The notes below the pieces were generated by a model. That model ran no database searches and was not told the DNA's origin. It saw nothing but the letters and a program-made list of their open reading frames with translations. Shown in pieces: positions 8,710-18,665 of a stretch of 37,129 bases of DNA. Positions within the stretch are counted from its first letter, which is position 1. Every line of letters starts with the position of its first letter. The position numbers and the translations under genes were made by a program. The stretch covers positions 1 through 37,129 of the IMG/VR virus record IMGVR_UViG_3300021365_000046. One strand, written 5' to 3'. Origin of the DNA: a virus (Duplodnaviria > Caudoviricetes).

Positions 8710-10719
8710 TTAATTTACTTTTTGTGGAACATAATTAAACTCATCGTAGTTATTATTATTTTTATTATCTAAAGCAATATATCTCTGCTCACCATACTTA
8801 CTAATAAACCCACCACTACCGTTATAATCATTATTTTGTACTTGTGGTACAAAATTATGTATTGGAGTAAATGTAAAGCCTGTTACCTTAACCATCATAG
8901 GCATTTCTTTAACAGAATTATCTGATTTTATTTCATTATCCCCTTCTCCTACAACTCCTTTATCTGGACCATCAGGTATTGCTATTTCCCAAGGGGATTC
9001 TGTTGGTACATCTAAAGTTAGTCCACTCATTATACCAACTTGTTCATAACACCAACCTCCAATAGTTAATGATATTAAATTACCACTCATATATCCTGCT
9101 TCAGAATATGAAGGTGCAGTAGCAGAAGCTAAGTAATTTAATTTTTGATACATTGGTATTAATTCTTGTTTTGATTGGGCTGCTACTGTCCAAGATAATG
9201 AAATTTTTCTGTCAAATCCCTGATATTTATAAAAGTTTTCACCTCTACCCATAAATTTTTGAGCATCCCATTGTGATGTGTAACTATCACTCATACTATC
9301 AATAATAGCTCTAAAATGGATGAATGTTTTTTTATCTGGGTTTTTATTGTCAATAACCCCAATTCTAAACTTAACAAAATCATTTTTAAGTCTATCTTGT
9401 GTTACATCTGATGATTGATATAAAGGGTAAGCATTAATTTTATCTAAAGCGTGGGTATAAGTAGAATTCTGTAATTTATTAACATTACTTTGATCCGCAT
9501 CTCTTTTCCCAATTGAATAACTAGATATATTTCCTCTTCTTCCAGGGTTACCTAAATTAACTCTTTGTTCAAATTTATTATTATTTGTATATTTTAAAGA
9601 ATTAGGGATAGAGGTACTACCACTATCTATAAGTTTTCTTCTAAAATCTGTTATATCATTTGCTTTATTAGTTTTAGAAAATGGGATTTTTTCTTCTATT
9701 TCAGCTTGTGTCCAAACTTGTCTAGGTATTGAACCCTCTATACCACTTACTAATTTATTAACATCAGTTTCTAAATATGTTCCTGGTTGGTAAACGCTGT
9801 CATCTCTAATACCAAAAACTTTATCAAATAAACGTCCAAATTCTGTTTCAAACCCCAATATAGAAGAACGATATGTGTTAAATATACTTGTTTTAAATAT
9901 ATTATCTAATTTAATATTATAATTTGGAACAAATTGTTGAGGTATAAATCTACTATTTTTTAATTCAAATTTAGGATTATTGATACCAGTTCTTTGGTCT
10001 GATACCATTGTAATTTTAGTTTTTCCAACGCCTAAAGTAGCACCTGGTCCTCCACCATATGAATATAAAGCGTTTGGATCATCTTGTTTTTCATTAATTT
10101 TATTAAGTAAACCAAATAATCTACTTTTGTTACCTTCATCTCCCCCAGTAGCTATAGTACTTAAATAAGTAGGTAAACCTAAAGGATCGAAATTTGATAT
10201 AGCTCCTACTATCCCAGTAGCATCTGGTCCCCCTATACCTGCAAGGGGATTTAACCCTTGTTTATTTGTATGAAGACCAATTGCATTTCCGGCTGCTTGA
10301 GCCAAAGTACCTAAAGGTGTATACACACCCTGGTTCATAGCTAAATTGTCCTGGATAAATTGTCCAATAGCGGATAGTACTGAGGATGAAGTAGATTCTT
10401 CTTGTTTGTAACGTGTATATCCTTTACTTGAATTAACATTAGTTAATGATAAAACATTTTGTTTTGCTATAAATAAAGGACCATTTGGGGATTTAAAATC
10501 AAAAAACATTTGGGCTAATCTAGAGACATCATTTGCTACTACTTTAGGTAGTAATGTCCCACCACGTAATAAAAAATCAGGTCCTCCTGTTTTTCCTACT
10601 TTAGAAAAACTTTCAGGGATTTTTGTTGTTACATAGGGTTGGTTGCTATTCCCACCACCAACTGTGTCTTTACCATACCTAAGAGATCTTAGGTTGGTTG
10701 TTAGATTAACCAAAGCCAT
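8710..10719 (-). CDS. Baseplate / tail-tube initiator-like protein
   Basis: C-terminal FRA.I....DSY...W....MGRGENFYKYQGFDRKISLSW tube-like domain; lies between tape measure and LysM genes. Confidence 0.6.
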   Translation of the reverse strand: MALVNLTTNLRSLRYGKDTVGGGNSNQPYVTTKIPESFSKVGKTGGPDFLLRGGTLLPKVVANDVSRLAQMFFDFKSPNGPLFIAKQNVLSLTNVNSSKGYTRYKQEESTSSSVLSAIGQFIQDNLAMNQGVYTPLGTLAQAAGNAIGLHTNKQGLNPLAGIGGPDATGIVGAISNFDPLGLPTYLSTIATGGDEGNKSRLFGLLNKINEKQDDPNALYSYGGGPGATLGVGKTKITMVSDQRTGINNPKFELKNSRFIPQQFVPNYNIKLDNIFKTSIFNTYRSSILGFETEFGRLFDKVFGIRDDSVYQPGTYLETDVNKLVSGIEGSIPRQVWTQAEIEEKIPFSKTNKANDITDFRRKLIDSGSTSIPNSLKYTNNNKFEQRVNLGNPGRRGNISSYSIGKRDADQSNVNKLQNSTYTHALDKINAYPLYQSSDVTQDRLKNDFVKFRIGVIDNKNPDKKTFIHFRAIIDSMSDSYTSQWDAQKFMGRGENFYKYQGFDRKISLSWTVAAQSKQELIPMYQKLNYLASATAPSYSEAGYMSGNLISLTIGGWCYEQVGIMSGLTLDVPTESPWEIAIPDGPDKGVVGEGDNEIKSDNSVKEMPMMVKVTGFTFTPIHNFVPQVQNNDYNGSGGFISKYGEQRYIALDNKNNNNYDEFNYVPQKVN

Positions 10720-10722
10720 TTA

Positions 10723-10956
10723 TTATCCTGGTAAGTTATTTAAATATTTGTCTCCTGGAGGTATTGTTCCTCTATCCATTGTTGATGGAGAAGGTAAAAC
10801 ACCATTTGGTGGAGCTACATTCATTGCTGTTGGATCACCTTCAGTTGAATACTCTTTATGTAAAGTAGACTGTTGGAAATTTGGTATAGAAGGTGTTGCA
10901 CCATCTAACCCGCTTAATTGTGAACCTTGTTGTGTTAATTTGTTTAGTAAACTCAT
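10723..10956 (-). CDS. Small hypothetical tail-region protein
   Basis: 77-aa ORF with its own ATATTTATAA motif upstream. Confidence 0.6.
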   Translation of the reverse strand: MSLLNKLTQQGSQLSGLDGATPSIPNFQQSTLHKEYSTEGDPTAMNVAPPNGVLPSPSTMDRGTIPPGDKYLNNLPG

Positions 10957-10985
10957 AATTATTGATTTTTATTATAAATATTGAA

Positions 10986-13388
10986 CTATTGTACTTCGTA
11001 TAAACCTAATGGAGCCATTTCTGGTGTTTTCTTAACTAATTGTGCTAATAGTTTATTAGTTTCACTCATATCAGTACCTCCTCCTCCTCCTCCTTGTCCT
11101 AAATTAGTTCCTGCTACTAGAGTATCTTGGTTATTAAGTGCTATTGAACCTTTAGGTGTTGATAATACTCTATCCCCATATCCTGCAGGTGATATCATAT
11201 CATCAGCTGTTGCATAATAAGCAGCTAAAGCTCCCATTCCTAATGCTAAACCTCCAACAACCGCAACCATCCCAAGTCCTAAAGTTCCAGCAGCCGCAGC
11301 CGCCATCTTAGCTACAGCAGTAATTCCTGCTTTTATACCTAAATAAGTTTCAAGAGCAATTGTTTTTATTAGTCCCGCATTTGCAACTAATATTGCTGCT
11401 CCTACAACTGTAAAGGCAGCTGCTAACCCCGCGGCTAAGGGCCCCATATTTTCTAAGGTTTCTTCCAATGATTTTGAAGGATCTATCATAGCATTAAAAA
11501 TTTCACCTATACCATTAAAAGCCTCTAGGATAGGAGTTACTAAGAAAGAAATCATTTCTATAGCAGGTACAAGTAGATCAATTATAGGAGAAACCATCTC
11601 CATTATAGGGGTTACAAGTTGTACAAAAACATCTTTAATCTTCATCATTATAGCTTCGAATTTTTCAGCTTGACTATTTTGTTCTCTTAATCCTTCAATA
11701 CCATCTTTTTCTAATTCAGCTGTTGCCTGGGCTAAACCTACCTCTTTTATCCTAGCATTTAATAATTTTTCTTTTTCCTTTGCTTCATCTCCTGTAGCTC
11801 CTGCTAATTGTTCTTGAACAAATAAAGTTTCTGCTAAAGTATCTCTATTCATACCAACAGATTTAGCTAATGCATCTTGACGTATTCTATTCATAGCTGT
11901 AAATTCAGCCGCTGATCCTGCTTGTTCTGATATTTCTTTTGCTACTGTTGCTAAATCATTATTTAAAGCTGCCTGTCTAGCTTTTTCTAAATTAATATTT
12001 TTACCTAATAACAATTCAGCTTGTAATTCATTTTCAATAGATGATTCAAAATCAAGTAGACTATCTGCTATACCTTCAACTTTAGACATTTCCATACCTA
12101 AAGCTTTTGCAGTTGCTACAGCCTCACCTATTAATTTAGGATTTTTTGCAAATGATAATGTTGTAGCAGCTGATACTTTGCCTATATCTTTTAATAGTGA
12201 TTTTTCATTTAATAAAACACCATTTTGTATTGCTGACATTTTAGCTTGGGCCATAAACTCACCTGTAATGTCATTCATAGATTTACCTGTAGCTAATGAG
12301 ATATTATTAATACCTATTAATTCTTCATTAGTAAATCCTGCCATATCTCGCATTTCAGTAAATGCAATAGCGTTTTCACCTGCTAAAACAACACTAGTTC
12401 CTAGAGCATTGTTTATAGCCATTTGGGTTTCTTGTATTCCTTTAGTAGTGACAAAAACATTACCAGATTCATTAGCCTGTCTTGCAAATTCTTTTCGAGT
12501 TGTTAGAGCTTCATTATAGCTCATATTTAGATTCTTAGCTAAATCACCGGCCCCAGAATCTACCCCCTTTATAGCATCTATAAGCTGATCACCTATAAAT
12601 TTAGCTAATGCTAAGGGATCTGTAAGGTTCTTCATCATGGATTTACCCAATGAACCTATACCTGCTTTTAAAATTTGTACTTTACCCCCAAACGTTGTTG
12701 TTTCTGTCCCCCCTTTAGTAACTTCATCCGCTACTTTAGACATTGCATCTTCAGCATCCTTTATTCCCAGTTGGTCAACCAGACCACCCATTCCTAATTT
12801 ATCTAAGGCGGATTTAAGACCACCAATCATAGCACCCCCTAGACCCATAGCATCAGAAATTTTTTCTTCTTCAGCAAGTCTTTTTTTAGCAGTAGTTAAT
12901 AAATCATTATATAAAACATTTTCATTTGCTAAAGTTCCTTCAATTTCAACTAAAGCTGCTAATTCTCTATTAGACAAATCATTAGCATCATATTTTTGTT
13001 TAAGATTTGTATAAAGAGTTTTTTGGTTTTCTTTTTCAGCCTTAATTTTATCTTGAATAGATATTAATTCTTTTTTACTAAGTTTATTAATACCTACTTG
13101 ATCATTTTGTAATTTTTGGGCTAAACCCGACAGGGCATTAAATGATTTTTTTGCATCCGCTAGTGGCTTACTAGTTTTTTGCATTTCTTGAACCACATTT
13201 TTAAAACCTGAGGCAATACCAGAAATATCCTTAGTAGCATCTTGAAGTTCTTGTCTAAGGGATTTAACAACTCTTTCAGCCTCATTAAGTTCCTTAACAT
13301 CAAATATTTTAATCTGCTTACCACCCAATTGCTTATTAAGTTCTTGGATTTGGTCATTAAGTTTTTTTATTTGGTCTTGAGTCGCCAT
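10986..13388 (-). CDS. Tape measure protein
   Basis: 800-aa Ala/Leu/Lys/Glu-rich helical protein with hydrophobic C-terminal segments, downstream of the tube and chaperone genes. Confidence 0.8.
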   Translation of the reverse strand: MATQDQIKKLNDQIQELNKQLGGKQIKIFDVKELNEAERVVKSLRQELQDATKDISGIASGFKNVVQEMQKTSKPLADAKKSFNALSGLAQKLQNDQVGINKLSKKELISIQDKIKAEKENQKTLYTNLKQKYDANDLSNRELAALVEIEGTLANENVLYNDLLTTAKKRLAEEEKISDAMGLGGAMIGGLKSALDKLGMGGLVDQLGIKDAEDAMSKVADEVTKGGTETTTFGGKVQILKAGIGSLGKSMMKNLTDPLALAKFIGDQLIDAIKGVDSGAGDLAKNLNMSYNEALTTRKEFARQANESGNVFVTTKGIQETQMAINNALGTSVVLAGENAIAFTEMRDMAGFTNEELIGINNISLATGKSMNDITGEFMAQAKMSAIQNGVLLNEKSLLKDIGKVSAATTLSFAKNPKLIGEAVATAKALGMEMSKVEGIADSLLDFESSIENELQAELLLGKNINLEKARQAALNNDLATVAKEISEQAGSAAEFTAMNRIRQDALAKSVGMNRDTLAETLFVQEQLAGATGDEAKEKEKLLNARIKEVGLAQATAELEKDGIEGLREQNSQAEKFEAIMMKIKDVFVQLVTPIMEMVSPIIDLLVPAIEMISFLVTPILEAFNGIGEIFNAMIDPSKSLEETLENMGPLAAGLAAAFTVVGAAILVANAGLIKTIALETYLGIKAGITAVAKMAAAAAGTLGLGMVAVVGGLALGMGALAAYYATADDMISPAGYGDRVLSTPKGSIALNNQDTLVAGTNLGQGGGGGGTDMSETNKLLAQLVKKTPEMAPLGLYEVQ

Positions 13389-13417
13389 TGATATAAGTGG
13401 TTTTGTTATAAATATTA

Positions 13418-13723
13418 CTACTTATAACTTGTTTTACCTTTATATGGTTTAGATGCAGCAGTAAAATCTGGGGTGTTGATCTTACCATCAGGGTTAATCA
13501 TATTTTTTGTTCCTTTACCTTTACTATTTGACTTTTCGTATTCATCCTTTTCATTTTTATAGAATTTATCTATTTCAGAAAATGTGTATTTACGAAGCCA
13601 TATAGGCATATTATAAACAGAATTATAGTCATATCCTCCCTTACCATGGAATAAAATTTGGTGGATGTGAGAAAAAAGAGATTTTCTAAATAAAGGTGCT
13701 GTATTAATAGTCAGGCCAAAAAA
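13418..13723 (-). CDS. gp51-like tail/baseplate assembly chaperone frame; probably expressed as a frameshift extension of the upstream gene (ATG-only ORF 13418..13609)
   Basis: The frame is open from the T7 run: FFGLTINTAPLFRKSLFSHIHQILFHGKGGYDYNSVYNMPIWLRKY. The MPxWxR motif resembles gp51/GT-type chaperones. Confidence 0.6.
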   Translation of the reverse strand, partial: FFGLTINTAPLFRKSLFSHIHQILFHGKGGYDYNSVYNMPIWLRKYTFSEIDKFYKNEKDEYEKSNSKGKGTKNMINPDGKINTPDFTAASKPYKGKTSYK

Positions 13724-14432
13724 AGTTTAGGCCAATAGGGACCTCTACCTCCTCTCCTGTATCCAAAATATAGGATAAGTTTACATCTGGTTGGGTATTT
13801 TTGATATGGTCTCTAAAAGCACGAGAATCTCTGGCTAAAAAATAATTATCAACAAAGTCTCTAATATCTTTTTTTTCATCTTTTCCGTTTACTGATAATA
13901 TTATATGTTTTAATCTTGTAGATAATTCGGGAGATGCATCCTTATTTATTTTTTTTAAACCTGCTATTTCTCTATTTATTTGCCTTTCATCAGAACCTGT
14001 AATAAGTTTGTATGTAATTATTGTATCTGTTGATGGTAAAGTATATGAAAATTCATTTTTACCTGCTACAAATTCAGATTCATTAAATTCTTTGTTTTCT
14101 AATGTAGAACAATCTATAATATGGGATTCACCTTTTATTTTTACTTCATAATCTTTACCATATCCTAAAATACGAGAAGCTATTAATAATGCATTTTTAT
14201 CTCCTACTATTAAATCATCGGTTTTAATATTTTTATCAATAATTAAAGAATCTAATAATTTATCTAATACTGTACCTTTTTTAATATAAGATTGGTTAGA
14301 TAAAATATCTTCTTCTCTAGCAGTCATGTATTTCATTTCTACTTTACCGCTTGATAGTGGATTGTCTTTTGAATAAATCAGACCTTTAGAAGGTAATTCA
14401 ACCTCTTCGGTTGGGAATTTAAATTCGCTCAT
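13704..14432 (-). CDS. Baseplate hub / tail assembly chaperone (T4 gp26-like)
   Basis: ELPSKG..Y, MTAREEDIL, DL..GD..ALLI..RI.GYG and C-terminal IGLNFFWP motifs; lies between tube and tape measure. Confidence 0.75.
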   Translation of the reverse strand: MSEFKFPTEEVELPSKGLIYSKDNPLSSGKVEMKYMTAREEDILSNQSYIKKGTVLDKLLDSLIIDKNIKTDDLIVGDKNALLIASRILGYGKDYEVKIKGESHIIDCSTLENKEFNESEFVAGKNEFSYTLPSTDTIITYKLITGSDERQINREIAGLKKINKDASPELSTRLKHIILSVNGKDEKKDIRDFVDNYFLARDSRAFRDHIKNTQPDVNLSYILDTGEEVEVPIGLNFFWPDY

Positions 14433-14485
14433 ATAAATTTTATTTAGTTATAACTTTATTAATTCTAGTTATACATATGTAATAT

Positions 14486-14512
14486 AAAAAAAAGCTTGAC
14501 CGAAGCCAAGCT
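14486..14512 (-). terminator. Rho-independent terminator after the tail tube gene
   Basis: Minus strand AGCTTGGC TTCG GTCAAGCT followed by a T run; C(UUCG)G tetraloop. Confidence 0.85.
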
Positions 14513-14540
14513 ATTTTAAAAAGGAAGGGTAAAAAATATT

Positions 14541-15029
14541 TTAGAAATTTAAAATACAGTAATCTGGTTGAACTGTTAACTGTAATTCTACAGCAGCACT
14601 TTCATTATCCCAGTTATAATCACCGAAGTTAGCTTCTGTAATTAATGCACCTTTAATAATCCATTCAGATACGATATCACCTACAGGTCCTAATACGTTC
14701 ATAGTTAAATCTTTTTTATAGAAATCACTATATCCATCTCTACCTGTTACTGATTCGTGATGTAATCTAACCCATTCCATACATGCTTGTGCGCCAGATG
14801 GAGTAATTGGATCAAATAATGTCATTTGTATCGTATTCCAAAGTGTTTTACCTTTAACGTATCTTGCAACGTTAATATGGTTTAATTGAACTGTACCTTG
14901 TGTTAATGAAACAGCTCCCATACCTTTAATTTGGTATGAAGGAATCCCATCAACATACATGATAAATCTGTTCTGTTGTTTTGGCTCAAATGCTGTATAA
15001 AATATTTCGTTTGGGTCTAATACTGCCAT
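14541..15029 (-). CDS. Tail tube protein (gp19-like)
   Basis: FEPKQQNRF, YKKDLT..VLGPVGD.V.EW...GA motifs; directly after the sheath gene. Confidence 0.85.
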   Translation of the reverse strand: MAVLDPNEIFYTAFEPKQQNRFIMYVDGIPSYQIKGMGAVSLTQGTVQLNHINVARYVKGKTLWNTIQMTLFDPITPSGAQACMEWVRLHHESVTGRDGYSDFYKKDLTMNVLGPVGDIVSEWIIKGALITEANFGDYNWDNESAAVELQLTVQPDYCILNF

Positions 15030-15071
15030 TTTATTGTTTTATTTTATTATAAATATTTATCTTTTTATTTT

Positions 15072-17357
15072 TTATTCAGGAAATGTTGCTCCAGTTGGTA
15101 AAACATTGAAATCTAAAATTACAAATTCAGCTGTTTTAGTTGGTTGTAGATAAATTTGTCCTACTAGCTCATTTCTATCTATTACGTCTGGTGTGTTATT
15201 TGTCTCATCCATTACAACTTGAAAAGCATATAATCCTTGTCTTTGTTGTACTGATTCTAGGTATGGGTTTACTTGTGCTAAGAAATTATTTCTTGTAGCA
15301 ATTGTATTTTGTTCAAATACTAAGTTATCCGATACTTGAGTAATATAACTCTTAAGTGAGATTAATAATCTACGTACATTTACTCTATCTAAAGCACTTG
15401 CTCTTTTCTGTAATGTTTTCTGACCAAATACTACAACTCCGCTTCCTGGGAATGTAGCTATTGGGTTAACATTTGCTTCATATAATGTATCTCTGTTTCC
15501 AGATGTTAATTTTCTTTCTGCTCTTATTACACTTCCTAAAGCTCCTCTAATTAAACCTGCGGGTGCGAACCATGGGTCTGAAGATGAATCGGTAAATGCA
15601 TATACTGCTGGAATATACGTTGAAGCTGGTGCCCAAACTGTTTGTCCAGTACCTGCATCGACTGTTTGTAACCACGGCCAATATGTTGCTGAATACGATG
15701 TATCATATCCTGCTGCTTGAGTAGTTACAGTATTTATAGTACTATTATAAGGTACTAAATCTATTACTGAAATACAATCTGTTCTATCTTGTGCTAAAGA
15801 AACCAATTGGCTTGTTTGTGCATGTAAAGATCCTATTAATCCCGGAGCTGATATTACATTAAATTGGTAATCATCTTTGTTGCTTAATAATTTTATAGAT
15901 GATGTATAATCATCGGGGCTAATACCTTGTATATTTGTTGCAGTTATATTTTCGTTAAATTTAGCATCACCATTTTCAAGATTGTTACCTGTGGCACCTG
16001 CAAATGATCCTGATTCTACTTGAGGTAAACTTCCTGTGTATTGAGCTTTAGCTGCTCCACTGTTATCAAAATATAGTGGTGTTGGAGAATTTACAGCACT
16101 AATATAAGCATAAGCACTTCTATTAACATAATTACCATTAGTTTTTACATAGTAATCAGTTCCATCCTGCTCTATAGTATAATAAGTATCACCTATCGCT
16201 TTTGCTACATAATTAGCTGCGGTTGGATCTAATGATAAGTTATTATATGTTTCTAATACTGCTTTTTGTGTTGTAGTATCATTACCTCGTCTAAGGAATA
16301 ATGAAAATTGTCCTGAAGATGTGTTTACAGATCCAACTTCCCATCTAATATTATCAACCGTACCATTATCTAAAGTTCCATTAGCACTATCTACTGATTG
16401 GTAATTATTCATTATTACCCCTTCAGAAATAGTTTTTAATGTAAAAGAAGGAATGTATTGTAAATCACCAGCAACTAATGTAATTTCCCCTTGGCTTGAA
16501 TCTACAACCATATTTGCTGCTACAGTTATTACTAAATCCCCGACTGCACCTGTAAATCCTTGTGCTTGTAAATCCGCTTCTGAAATTGTTATTGTATCAG
16601 TATCAGCATATCCAGTACCAATAGCAGCTACTGTTACTGCTGATAAAGCATTAGCTCCATCACCTGTTACTGTAATAGTTGCTCCTGTACCGTCTCCTGT
16701 TGTTGAGGATTGTGCTATAGTAAAAGGGCCTATTACGTTTCCAATTGTTGTTGCAGCTGTATTGCTTAAAATATCCTGCCCGTTTATTAATTGTCCTGTT
16801 CCTAAAGCACCTGCCGCTATAACTAATACATCTGCTGCTTCATAATTTGAACCCGCTGCTGTTACTGTTATACTTGTAATAGTATTTCCACTTACTATAA
16901 TTGTTGCTTCTGCACCTGTTCCTGTTCCACTTGTTAAGTCTACAGCTGTATATGTAGCATCTACTGCATCCGTTGGATTAGTAGTAATAGATGGTAATAA
17001 AGCATCGGTTAAAGTAACTAATTTACCTCCATCACTATTTTGACTTGGTACTTCTGAAGATGCAGGAGTAAAACTTCCTGTTACTACTCTTGTTACTAAA
17101 AGTGATTCACCCCCTTGAGCAAAATAATTTCTTGCTGCAATTGAGTTTAGATAAGTGTAATATTGAGATCCGCTTTCTACTGATCCTCCAAAAATAGCCT
17201 CATATTGAGAATAAGAGCCAACTGCTGTTGGAAGATTAACTGGGCCTTTTACTGCGGGTCCAATAATAGCTGCACCAAAAGATATTGGTCGACTTCCAAT
17301 AAATGATTGATCATTTTCTCTTGCTAATACACCGGGAGATATTAAAGATTCTGCCAT
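15072..17357 (-). CDS. Tail sheath protein (gp18-like)
   Basis: SPGVLAREND N-terminus; YWPW, PWFAPAG..RG, RDTLY...VNPI, GQKTLQ, LDRVNVRRL, FEQN and PTKTAEFVILDF motifs. Confidence 0.95.
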   Translation of the reverse strand: MAESLISPGVLARENDQSFIGSRPISFGAAIIGPAVKGPVNLPTAVGSYSQYEAIFGGSVESGSQYYTYLNSIAARNYFAQGGESLLVTRVVTGSFTPASSEVPSQNSDGGKLVTLTDALLPSITTNPTDAVDATYTAVDLTSGTGTGAEATIIVSGNTITSITVTAAGSNYEAADVLVIAAGALGTGQLINGQDILSNTAATTIGNVIGPFTIAQSSTTGDGTGATITVTGDGANALSAVTVAAIGTGYADTDTITISEADLQAQGFTGAVGDLVITVAANMVVDSSQGEITLVAGDLQYIPSFTLKTISEGVIMNNYQSVDSANGTLDNGTVDNIRWEVGSVNTSSGQFSLFLRRGNDTTTQKAVLETYNNLSLDPTAANYVAKAIGDTYYTIEQDGTDYYVKTNGNYVNRSAYAYISAVNSPTPLYFDNSGAAKAQYTGSLPQVESGSFAGATGNNLENGDAKFNENITATNIQGISPDDYTSSIKLLSNKDDYQFNVISAPGLIGSLHAQTSQLVSLAQDRTDCISVIDLVPYNSTINTVTTQAAGYDTSYSATYWPWLQTVDAGTGQTVWAPASTYIPAVYAFTDSSSDPWFAPAGLIRGALGSVIRAERKLTSGNRDTLYEANVNPIATFPGSGVVVFGQKTLQKRASALDRVNVRRLLISLKSYITQVSDNLVFEQNTIATRNNFLAQVNPYLESVQQRQGLYAFQVVMDETNNTPDVIDRNELVGQIYLQPTKTAEFVILDFNVLPTGATFPE

Positions 17358-17413
17358 TGTTATGTTTTATTATTATTTATTTTGTTATAAATATTAGAAA
17401 TATTTTCAAAAAA

Positions 17414-17665
17414 TTAAGCTATTGGAGTAAATTCTCCATTTTCTAGATCAATATTACCTTCTCCATACTTATCTTGTAACTCTAAAGCTGTTTTTTGTTG
17501 AGATGTTTCTAATTCCTGATATTCTTTTATTAAATTTTTCTTAGTATTTTCAAGTGAATTAATTTGTAAATCTAACTTACCCAAACTTACTATAATTATA
17601 TTAATTTTTTCTTGGTATTCTTTTAAAGGTTGTAACTCTTTTGTTGATAACTTTTTGTTTTTCAT
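17414..17665 (-). CDS. Small coiled-coil protein
   Basis: 83 aa ending KYGEGNIDLENGEF; has its own upstream motif. Confidence 0.65.
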   Translation of the reverse strand: MKNKKLSTKELQPLKEYQEKINIIIVSLGKLDLQINSLENTKKNLIKEYQELETSQQKTALELQDKYGEGNIDLENGEFTPIA

Positions 17666-17711
17666 TTTGATTGTTTTAATTTATTATAAATATATAATAG
17701 GAGGGTTAAAG

Positions 17712-18665
17712 TTAATTTCTACTACGACCATCTGTAGTAGGATTTTGGGTTATATGAGTTGTACCTTTTAAATCACTAACAGCCTCAGTTGTTACAACAA
17801 CTTTTGCTTTTGAATTATATATTTTAGTAGCATTTAATTCTTTTTGGATTGTATCTGGTATTATATACCCTCGTAATCTTAAGTTAAATTCACCTTTTAC
17901 TAATCTATTTTGACCTTGAGATAATTCAGTAGCAGTTGTAAATTGATCTATAAATGCCCTAAATTGAAATCTTTCTGGATTCCCCCAATATGCATCTGAA
18001 GCGTATTCACAGGCCTCAATTACTTTGTTTAATTGTTCCATATAATATGTTTGAATTAAACAAGTATATTCTAATGTTACATAATCGGGTTGTGCTACTA
18101 CGTGAAACTTTTCTACTGGGTTTCTGTTATTTAATGTTGAGAAGTTACTATAAAAGTTTTTAGAACTAAATTGTTTAGACCAAGTCCCATATAAATTAGG
18201 TTGGTTAGCATCTAGTTTATTAGCTACTGTTCTATCTTTTGAAATACTATTCCGTTTAATTACAATAATAGGTAACATTATAGCTCCTTTTTTATCTCTA
18301 TAAGAACCATCTTTTTGATATTGGTTCCACCTTTCTGAAGCCCCATACATTACAGGAACATCTCTTCTAGAACCATTTTGATATACAAAAGGTTTTATAT
18401 GGTTATTGAAGTAATAAAATATAGCTTCGTCAATATCTTTTATACCAACTGAGTATTGTTTTGTTTTATCTTCCTTAAAACTCATTTTAGTAGACCTGTT
18501 AAAAGGAATACCAGTTTCTTCGTAATTAGAAGGAGTATTTTTTAATTCATTTACATTATTAGGGTTTACCTGACCACCTCTATTTTCAATACCTGGAAAG
18601 GGGGTTTGTTTTTGCTGACTTAATGTTAGCTGATATTTAGGTTGTGGTTTTCTTGGTTTCGCCAT
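17712..18665 (-). CDS. Tail completion / sheath stabiliser (gp15-like)
   Basis: VPVMYG..ERW and LPII motifs, P.YV.L.Y; follows the neck genes. Confidence 0.7.
   Translation of the reverse strand: MAKPRKPQPKYQLTLSQQKQTPFPGIENRGGQVNPNNVNELKNTPSNYEETGIPFNRSTKMSFKEDKTKQYSVGIKDIDEAIFYYFNNHIKPFVYQNGSRRDVPVMYGASERWNQYQKDGSYRDKKGAIMLPIIVIKRNSISKDRTVANKLDANQPNLYGTWSKQFSSKNFYSNFSTLNNRNPVEKFHVVAQPDYVTLEYTCLIQTYYMEQLNKVIEACEYASDAYWGNPERFQFRAFIDQFTTATELSQGQNRLVKGEFNLRLRGYIIPDTIQKELNATKIYNSKAKVVVTTEAVSDLKGTTHITQNPTTDGRSRN

Noticed and set aside
3163-13357. Nested minus-strand ORFs 3163-3357 and 13160-13357
   Set aside because: Short alternative-frame ORFs inside the polA-like and tape measure genes with no supporting signals.
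13630-13645. GGGAGG Shine-Dalgarno-like sequence upstream of ORF 13418-13609
   Set aside because: It is about 25 nt from the in-frame ATG, encodes KGG in the extended frame, and other genes here lack SD motifs.
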